Made by a program: the position numbers and the translations under genes. 64,000 nucleotides of DNA from Parasitella parasitica NRRL 2501 (lineage: Eukaryota; Fungi; Mucoromycota): assembly GCA_025201805.1 (NCBI GenBank), contig MU619264.1, positions 94,195 through 158,194 of the forward strand, written 5' to 3'. Of this stretch, positions 55,007 to 64,000 are shown piece by piece; within the stretch, counting starts at the first letter, position 1; every line of letters begins with the position of its first letter. The notes beneath the pieces were generated by a model. That model did not search any database, was not told the DNA's origin, and was given only the letters and a program-made list of their open reading frames with translations.

Positions 55007-56130
55007 ATGCTCGCTACTGTCGCTGCCGATGCTGCTCCTGCTATAACTGACATCTGGAGCAGCTACAAGACTAAACGTACAAGTGTTGACCTATACAGTG
55101 CGAATGCAGTCATTATGTTTGTACCTAGTTCCGTTGGCGCTCGAGGACCTGCACAGATCCGCAAGTTCTTTTTGAGCCCACAATTTTCTGAAAAGGTCAA
55201 TTCAGTGCAAGAAGTAGTCTACAATACTGTCTCATCAAACAACAAACTGATCGAAGAAGTTACTTGGACAATCACTTTTCATTCGGATGAGTGCAAATGG
55301 CTGGTACCTCAATTGGACGATAGATATCTAGTAAGTTATTGTGATTATAGCAAAATGCAACAATTGGTTGTACTAATGTATTTCAATAAGATAAATGCAA
55401 CCGTCCAATTTCCTGTTGTAAGTTGATTAGTAGTGCAAATTCTAATTTGGTATATTAGTAACAATCTTCTTCAGACTACGTCAGTTTCCTTTGATAAAGT
55501 AGACAACAAAATTGAATCCATTCGTTATCTTTGGGACCAAGCTTCTGTATTGAAACAACTGAAGGTTATAAAGGACGAAATAAAATGGCCAGTTACGGGG
55601 GGACTGCAGATTGAAGTACTTCGATCACCACAAACAGTTCGTTTAATAGGCTTAAATACTGAAGAGGTGGACGTGGGGGATCAAAAGGTAAATTAATGAA
55701 CATAGAAGACATAGCGAGCTATTACTAACAAATTATGTCATAAACCAGACTCAAGGCGATCAGCCACGAAATCAATTCTGTAAGTTGACTATGAAATATG
55801 CCCTATACAATTATAATGTATACTAAGCATCCTACAGCGCCTGGTAGAATATTTGGCCCTGTTGATCCCAAAGATCAGGTCAATAGACCTGTACGTCGTG
55901 CAGAACCCAATGCTCCTCCTGATCGAAACATTTTCACTTATCAGCCTCCTGCTGAGCGTCCTCTTGTTGAGCCTTCAAACAAACTCAAATCAACCTTTAA
56001 TATCTTTACGCATGATGATGGAAGTACTGCAAATTCGACGTTTTTTAACACAAACATTACACAATCAAAAAGTTTGCCTGCTGCTGCTGGCAAACCGACT
56101 CCTCGCATCACTCGTAGTATTATTGGATAA
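55007..56130 (+). CDS. NTF2/SnoaL-like fold protein with disordered C-terminal tail
   Basis: FVPSSVGARG..IRKF, LIEEVTWTITFH..WLVPQLD, KIESIRYLWDQASVLKQL..WPV; 4 introns. Confidence 0.7.
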
Positions 56131-56171
56131 TACAATAATAAAAAGAAGGAAGTGTGTATTTATCGTTTATT

Positions 56172-57431
56172 TTATTGACTACCACTGGAGCTGCTATCAG
56201 TACTACCACTACTGCCGGCGCTTGGCTCTGTTGACAGTAAGATTTCCGCTGCTCGATTTAAGTCTGATTTAGATGAGATTAATGCATTTTTGATATCTTG
56301 TCTTGAGTAGTTGGGGAACATAGCAAACATTGTATCAATATCTTCTTCTTTGATAGGCGGTGGTGGTGGGGAAGAACGTACATTTCTTTGCCTTGCTGCT
56401 GATGAGGGTGTAGAAGTGGTAGTGGGTGAATGGCTTACGCTGGCTGCTCCTCCTGCTGTGGATTTCTTTTTATTGTTTGTGGCTAGTACAGGCAAAATAT
56501 ATTTAGAAGTAATAGATCTTGTCCATTTTGGGAACCGCCATTGCTTCAAACCGGCTGTCATGTCATAAGCAGCACCTATAACTAATCCACAAATGGAAGG
56601 TATAACGGATGCTGAAGAATTCGACAACAAGAGCTAAGGTTCAAAGTACAAGATATGTCAAGTACGAGAGCATAAAGATATACATATATATATATTTACC
56701 TGAGTTGCTGCAAGGTAAACGTATATTTTATCGGTTAATGTGGTACCCAGCACGTTCACTTGAAAACTAGGAGGAATCATCTCTTGATACTGGTACAGAA
56801 TAGAAAATAAAATTGCATAACTAGATTCAATTAACTATTTTGTCCACACACACACACACACCCTCCAGTCTGTACTAATTGACTTACGATCCACTTGCAA
56901 TTGATTTAAATCCAAATCTTGAGCCTACAGCTAATGCGCCTGTTTGTAGGAATGTAGACGCGACAAAAGAGATGAAAACCAAAGCCTATATCATAACCTG
57001 ATGAGCGCTGCTTTTTCCTTTAAACCAAAACTTGTTTTCATACGGCATATTTAGAACTTCCATATCGTCGTTCGACTACTTTCATTTTATAAATTAACCA
57101 TGTGCCTACAACAGTTGCTCCAACACTACTGAAGGCCCAATGTGACGTAAATATCTTCCACATCTAAGTATTATTTGCATTACATTGATTTGTCCATTCA
57201 TTTGTTTAACATAATATACCTGTCCATTTTCGATTCCAAGATGAGATATTTGCAGACTCATATGAGGTTTAAGATTGCAGACATATGCTAGTACAGAGCA
57301 ACCACCCACAACAGGTACCAGGAACTTGGTCACAGGTGCGTTTCGAAAACCTATGCACGAGAAATCAAAAATGAATACAGTGGTTAATATATTTAGTCAG
57401 AGTTTTTACCTGAAGGTCCATCAGCATCCAT
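56172..57431 (-). CDS. DSC2: Dsc2/UBAC2-like rhomboid pseudoprotease + UBA protein
   Basis: GFRNAPVTK N-terminus, ERRYGSSKYA, IASGSYAILFSILYQYQEMIPP, C-terminal UBA (MFAMFPNYSRQDIKNAL..DLNRAAEILL); 5 introns. Confidence 0.82.
56846..56862. repeat. (CA)n microsatellite in a DSC2 intron
   Basis: Direct sequence. Confidence 0.9.
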
Positions 57432-57999
57432 TTTATCTATAATGTTAAGTAATTAGTCGCAAGCTGTCTATCCGCTGACTATATTAATTTGTTTCAAAAA
57501 AAAAGTAAAAGAGAAAGAAGATGAACACTTGAATGTGTTCAATCGGCACTTTTATCCTCGCACTACAAGTTTGAGTAGAGAGGACAAATGCTGGGTTCAA
57601 ACAAACAGCTCAATGTGAGAATTAATCATGATATGGCATGCATGATGTACTTAATTTCCTTACAAAACCAAATCAAGAGATTATAATGAATTGAATCGCG
57701 GAAAACGTAGGATCTTCATTATCAAGTAAAAACGATTTCTTCCCATTTATAGCCAAATCTATGATAAAGTAAAAGCTTTCAGGTTCATGTAATATGCTGA
57801 GATTTTTACTTGAGTAGTATTAAACCTCTCTTGATTTTAATTGATTCGATATATCTGCAAAAAATGCTGCTCTATGTTGATAGCTTGTATATAAGAGACT
57901 CACGAAAATCCTTTACTTTCAAAAAAATAACAGGTTCTGCGAATAACTTTTTGATGTCTACGCCATCAAATGGTTATATGAGTATCTATTAGATAGCTT

Positions 58000-58944
58000 C
58001 GATTGTGGTGGTATCCAACAAGTATAGAACAAGTCTTGCCTCGTCTTCTATACCCAGTTATACAATTTATATGAATTTTTTTTACGAACATCATATATAC
58101 CATTCGATTTAATCAAAGCATATACCAATTGGACCCGGCTATATTTTATGTATGTTTGATCTTGGATAAGGTGATGCATTCTGCATCGGACTGTTCAGTT
58201 TTCATGCCAACACTTGAGCAGAAAACAACTGCTTTTGCACAAAGCTTTTGTTACATGCGTAACCTAGTAAACATAAAGCAGCTATAAGATAGCCTCAGGT
58301 GTGGCAGCAATAAATATAAGTTGAGGACATCAAATGCTAACAAAAAAGCAAATAAACTTTTTTAATGTTTACACTGATTTGACACAATACTACGTTTACA
58401 ATGTTATTTTTTCAAATAATTTATACAGGCAACCTTGTTTTAGCTGAAATTCAGAGTATAATTATTATTGATGAAAAGAATAATAGTCGAACCCAAAACT
58501 AATGATGAAGTTAAAATGCTATTTTGTACAATCTGTACTAATGGGAGGAGGTGAAGGGAAGGGATAACAAGAAAAAAAAACAAAAGTGAAGGGTATTTAG
58601 TGTGCAAACATACCTTGATGAATAGTTTGAATGAACAGGACAAGCATAATAGCCATAATTCGTCTATTTGTAATTTGTTTAAACTTTTTGATCCATTAAG
58701 TAAAATAAAAGAAACTTACCATTTCTCCTTCAGAAACTTGTACGTTTTCAGCTACATGTATCATTGAAGATCTAAAGTACGAGCCAACAAATGTTTCTAT
58801 ACGATCTTTAAAAGATTGGCTCAGTTGAGCATCTGAACCTTGAAGGTAGTCATTGCTTCAACTAGGAGGCCCGTCTTCCAGTAGTCATCCTCGATGCTCA
58901 GGATGTAGATTTGATACATGTAAGCTACTGTCTTTATCTGTCAT
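58000..58944 (-). pseudogene. Decayed vacuolar amino-acid transporter (Avt1-like)
   Basis: ATG at 58944; frame MTDKD..RG*LLEDGPPS*SND..FVGSYFRSSMIHVAEN with TGAs at 58885-58887 and 58858-58860. GTAAGT/GTATGT introns are retained and there are degraded hydrophobic exons. Family call is tentative. Confidence 0.45.
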
Positions 58945-58977
58945 TTCATAATAAGTATGTAAGTATGAGAAAAAAAT

Positions 58978-59682
58978 CTAATCTTTTATTATCGATTGAC
59001 TTTGCTCATCCGCTATTACTCGTAGCGATTGATTTATCTGTTTTTTACCATTTCTAAGGCATAACAATATTAATTTCATGTTAAACAGTAAATGCCACGA
59101 TAAGATACCCATTTTTTTTAATGCTTCTTCGTATTCCTCGCTTGTAGTTCGATTTTCTTCTTCAAGTGATTTCAATAGATTGATCTATGTTAATTGTATT
59201 GCATAAATAATCCATTTATATGCATCAAACCCAAGCTGTCTTCACCAGCTCTTCTTCACTTTGCTGAATGCCCGAATACTTCTATAAGTGTGTCGATTTC
59301 TTTGGCTTTTTATACTAAATCTGTTGCTAGGTCTCGCATATTTTCTATTTACGATTGAACATTAGGATCTTTCTTTTTGCATCTGGATGTTTTAGTACCT
59401 TGAAACACTTCAGGCTCATCTGCTTGTACTAGAAACCCAGTAGAGCTGATTAAATCAACGTTATTCAGCTTTTTTTTCTATGTGCATACTATTAGGTTGG
59501 GTTACTAGTATATTTTGGTTGAGCTATGCCATGCGAGATTTTTCGGAAACGTAATACATACTATTTGTAAACATCCTTGCCATCTATTTAATTGTTCGAT
59601 CATAGTGTGCGCGAAGGTAGATTTGGCTTTTCACTCACGGCGTCGATGGCATCTTGTACCGTAACTGTGTTAATCTGTTAAT
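58978..59682 (-). pseudogene. MED21: Mediator subunit Med21/Srb7 pseudogene
   Basis: (I)NRLTQL[5-nt insertion]QDAIDA|MARMFTNSMYY..MA*LN..|..RDLATDLV*KAKEIDTLIEV[frameshift at LPG]..|..LEEENR. ATG lost; TAG at 59524-59526 and TAA at 59310-59312; introns retained. Confidence 0.85.
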
Positions 59683-60629
59683 AATTTATATTTTTGAACA
59701 AGTGTGTTGTTTAAATTCTTAAATCCCAGCAACCTTATAGGTTGCTCAAGTTGCATATTACTGTACCGCATAGAGAAGGAGACCAAACGGAGAACGTTAA
59801 TTATCAGATGGTTCAACCAGACATATTCAAAGGAGCCCAAAGCTACATCTTTTTGAATCTTTAATAGATAGATTATCTGCATTGAACTGTTAGAGTACGC
59901 TGTGCTTACCAGATACTCTTTCTTTTCATCTACCCTCAAATATTGGTTCTCCGTATTAGTAAGCAATAAATAGTTTATTTATGTTGATATAGTCGTCTTG
60001 ACAACCTAAAAATATTACCAGAACTACAGGATCAAGCCATTGATATCATCAGAAATATAATCGTAGCAAAAGTTCATATATACCCAATCCTTCAAAAAAG
60101 ATATTTGCTAATAATTAAATCACGCGATGAAGATGGCTTCGTGAAAGACAAGCCCACACAGTTAATGCATTCATCATCTAATCCTTTATGGAGATGCAGC
60201 AACAGCCCATCAAATACTTTAAACACTTTGTGCATTATATCTTGAACTAACTCTTTTCTTGCCTGGATTGTTGACAGTCCTCAAATCCTTATTGCGTACA
60301 TGAGGATCTTTAGATTATCTTTTTATTCCTCTTAGTTTCTGGACATCAGATAACAGAAATCAGTATGAAAGGCAATACTTCCCATGAACCAAAAATATGT
60401 ATGATTACAGAGATTAATCGAATATATCTTTAGGTCCATCAAGTTTGTAGGATGACCAAAAATCAGGTTTTGTTTCATTTGTTAGTTTGCTTGTTTGCTT
60501 GTATTTTCAGCTATTTTGAAAACAAAAATCTACCCATCTAACTGTTCTATTAACAAATACAATTGCGGTTGCTTGAAGCTGCAAGTAATTCTAATCTTTA
60601 GCACACACATTAAGCTATACAAAGTACAA

Positions 60630-61110
60630 CAGTTCGCATGAGATCTATGCCGTACAGCCATCCGACCTGTCTTTATGCAATCCTCCCATGCTGAAGCATG
60701 CATTCTGTATTACTATGTGTGGATATATATTTGGTTTTCCTAAAGGATGTCTTCCTACCGCTTGAGGCGCCTTTTTGAGGGGCATTGTCACATTTACTCT
60801 AGTGAGGAAAATGAATCTTGATCATTTCATTAGAAAAATATCAATCAGGAAGCAGGAGACATTTGGAGCCATGTCAATTGTCATTAGCCAAGGAGGATTC
60901 AGGATAGCTTTCTTGATTTATGTCTGTCCTCTTCCTTGGGAAGTGTCTAACGTTATCATGTCACTTTGTGATGTTGTAAGCTTCAAAACTTAATATTCAG
61001 TGGCTTTTCTAGTTTCTGTTAAACCAGGCATAGAAGTATTGGTTGAGTCGCAATTAGCAACGTTAACCGACGCCAATTTGCCGCCTGAAGCACATAAGTT
61101 GCATCGGTAA
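60630..61110 (+). pseudogene. TVP38: Tvp38/DedA (SNARE-associated, VTT domain) pseudogene
   Basis: MCGYIFGFPKGCLPTA*GAFL...GGFRIAFLIYVCPLPWEVSNVIMS..VSFKT*; stops at 60763-60765 and 60991-60993. Confidence 0.78.
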
Positions 61111-61647
61111 GATAAAGGCAAATATCTTGAGAAGTTCTACGTAGTAAAATAGTTAACTCAATTGCTGATAACAGTACTGACTAATTATAGTAATAGGTCA
61201 GCGAGGTGATGAACATATTCTCATTCACTGAATACAGCACCTAATTTCTCGGATGTAAACTTTGCTAAACAAGTATTTTTTGTTGTTTAAAAAGTAAGCA
61301 TGCTTTGAAGAACGCAACTTGGATTTTCTGGCTTTGCATATATTGCGCTATCCCTCATCTCTAGCATCAAAATATCTTATGAGGATGTTTAAAGTGGAAT
61401 ACATACCCTTTGTCTTGTAAAAAAAACCATCATCAGTCAGTCTTTTAGAATTATATACATAGAGAGCTTTTTACATGTTCCTCCTTTGGCTCTACCTAGC
61501 TGATTTAGGACTTCCCACAGAACTCAATTTGCGCTTACACAATCATTGTGTATTTGATAGACATCAAAACGTATAAATATTAGAGATGCTCAATTCGGAA
61601 AAATTTATTAACTATGTGTATAATGTGTATATTTTGTGTGAAGGACA

Positions 61648-63733
61648 TTACTTTTGAGGAGAGCGAAAGCTTACCAACGTGTTTATGTTTGGCTTTCGAT
61701 TTGGTGACCAAATGCTTTCTTCGGGATCACTTTCATAAAAAGCATCCAATATCGCTGTTGCCGTTGTCTGCATCAACATCTATATGCGTAAATGCGATAT
61801 TCAGAAAAAGAAAAAAACAAAAAAAAAGCACATTCTTCTTATTTTACAAACCTTCAATTGACCAAGTCTTTTGAAGCAAGGTTCAAGTGAGGAGAAATCG
61901 TACAGATCGCGAGGCAGATAGAATTGGTTGAGCATAGACAATCTATACAACTTATAGTAATCATTATCCATGGCAAACAATTGACACTTGAAGCCTTTGA
62001 AGTTAACGGCAAGGAATAATTAGCATACAAGTGGATATAGTATGCGGCTCTTGGTATTTGTTTTACCTTCCACAAGCAATCCATAAACAACTTTTTCTTT
62101 TAACACGGTCATTCTATCTAATTCATCCTTCATCAAATTGCATAGCTTGATAAAGTCTGGATGTTTGTCATCCGTTTGCTTGAGATTGTTCATAAACTGT
62201 GAGCTCTTTACTTCACACATGAAAGGCATTGCAGATTGATTGTTGAACTCAGCTAACACAGAAAGATCAGGACGGCGACCATCTTGTTCACGACGCATTT
62301 TGCTTCCAAGAGATTCATCAGTATTCCTATGCAGTAAATAATAATAAGAAAGAAACGCTCCGTCAGATGAAATTATGTAATGATACCCCAATAAAGTCAA
62401 GCAATCCTCGTTCAGACACAAGAAAGGCGTAACAATACTTTCAACCAAAAAACTGCAAAACAATGGCTCTTTCATCTTTACGGCGCTAGTCTTTCGAGAC
62501 TTTTGAATGCTATGGAATCATGCTAATATTAAGCCAGAGAAAAGGCAACATATATATACCGTAATACTTACAGATCCAGAACAGTTCTAGCAATCAACTT
62601 CATATCATTATCATTGGTATTGACGACAGAGCAGTACCACACCTCAGCTTGTCTCTCTCCAGCATCAAAATCATCGGCAAGGATCTAGTGTTAAACTGTG
62701 TTAAACAAGTCGATTGTTTGGACTAAAGGACAAGAGATGCATACATTGGCAATCTTTGCCACTTCAGAGAAATCAATTGGCTTAGGTTTGGGATATTTCT
62801 GGGAAATTTCATTCTTTGCGTCCACCCACTGTTCAGCATTCAAATTGTAGTATCGTCGATTCTTGTCATCAAACCACATGATACCGTTTAGAGCTCTAAA
62901 TGGCAATTAGTAATGTATTCACCAGGGTTCTTATAATAAAGGATATACTCACAGTTCTTGAGTGTGATTGATGCAGACTCGGCCATGCTCCAGCATATCA
63001 ATACATCTATTTCGAAAGACGTGAAAATTCTTGGAGATGTTAGAGTTGTTGACAATCCACTAAAAAGAAAAGATGTAAGTATTACTATATTATTTTAAGC
63101 GTACGTTTCATACCACGTTATCGTGCTGTTGGATAGTGATTCGTTGTTCTCCATCCACAAGATAATCCAACTTTTCGGTATTCCTTCGTCGTTCATCATC
63201 ATTTACATCATCCTCAGCTTCGTCTTCATTATCGTCCGAGTCGGATTGATGTTGTTGCTTTCTTTTTCTGCTGCTGCTGCTGCTGCTGTTGTTGTTGTTT
63301 GCTGTGATATTCTGTGTGCCTACAGAGCCTACTACAACATTGGTGTGTCCGATCTGATTGTTGGTTGTAACCTAAATAAAAATTCGATTCAGTGATTTTG
63401 TATAAGAGGTCTTCGTTAAAAGGAACATACAGATGTAGATGAAGAAGACGGATTTCGACCTCGTATTTTCTTGATCAGTTTCTGACAGCAAGATAGTGTT
63501 GGTTAAAACTAGCCACTCTTCGAAACAATCAAACCCACGTCGAAATTTTTATGATACCCGCGCATAATATCAGTGGCTTTCTTTTCTACCAGCTCACTTG
63601 AAATCATCACCTGTAAGTCATTCTTCATATTCTGGGCAGCAAGTTGTAAGTTTCCATCCAGTTTATTCACATAATACAATAAGGCAGATTCGAAAGTCCA
63701 AGTTTGCGGTCGATTTATGAAGAAATAATCCAT
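61648..63733 (-). CDS. PD-(D/E)XK (restriction-endonuclease-fold) nuclease-like protein, multi-exon, intact
   Basis: Can be spliced without stops across about 9 introns. ELALNGIM, GRRPDLSV..FMCEVKS (PD...EVK), KLCNLMKDELD, VYGLLVEG|FKCQLFAMD..Y..FYLPR, C-terminal SFRSPQK*. Confidence 0.72.
63268..63302. repeat. Compound (CTG)n/(GTT)n coding microsatellite
   Basis: ctgctg...gttgttgtt, within the low-complexity exon of the nuclease-like gene. Confidence 0.85.
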
Positions 63734-64000
63734 CTTGATTCAGTGAATTACCAAGAATTGAATATGACATAAAACAAAGTGATGAAATGTAAAAATGCCG
63801 AGTACACGTGCTTGCGTCAGATATCGATGTCCTCCAATGATTGATGGCTTTGCATGGTCACTTGCTTGATACTGGGCAACATTTTCCAATATTTTTTTTT
63901 CAATTAAACAGTTTTATTTCTAGAGAACAATTAGGACAGCAAGCAAATTCCTTTGTCAAGTGCGTTTTCCGCAAGGAGTAGCTGGTCATGTATATTTACC

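Noticed and set aside
58858-58887. Two in-frame TGA codons (one in TGA-CTA context) as selenocysteine or programmed readthrough
   Set aside because: Not in a Cys/redox motif, no SECIS seen, downstream exons are also broken, and neighbours are pseudogenes; ordinary nonsense mutations fit better

Overview
Gene-dense, AT-rich eukaryotic (fungal) genomic DNA with many short GT-AG introns (mostly about 50-75 nt). Gene content and intron style suggest a Mucorales mould of the Mucor/Parasitella type (inference). I built intron-aware models by hand for about 24 intact protein-coding genes: PAK/STE20-like kinase, Rvs167-like amphiphysin, CSN7, peroxisomal ABCD transporter, F-BAR RhoGAP, eIF5A, MCT-type MFS transporter, DH-BAR-SH3 RhoGEF, Nrg1/Mig1-type C2H2 factor, ankyrin-NudC (NUDT12-like), penta-EF-hand Pef1, Osh3, Cox7, FAR1-domain protein, Rpl25, mitochondrial AlaRS, GST-zeta, F-box protein, Drs1, Atp20, an NTF2/SnoaL-like protein, Dsc2, two orphans and a PD-(D/E)XK nuclease-like gene. 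No rRNA, tRNA or CRISPR array was seen. The most notable observations are: (1) decayed, mostly intron-retaining pseudogenes of unrelated housekeeping genes (MED21, TVP38, AVT1-like, KDM4-like, SAM methyltransferase) lying between intact genes, which resembles fractionation after genome doubling; (2) a heavily base-paired 341-nt intron in RPL25 and a smaller folded intron in eIF5A; (3) a twice-occurring intergenic stem-GGAATTCCCG-hairpin element; (4) a local cluster of Rho-signalling/BAR-domain genes; (5) an intact restriction-endonuclease-fold gene next to the pseudogene tract; (6) a 5-nt microexon. All family assignments come from motif recognition by eye, not database searches.
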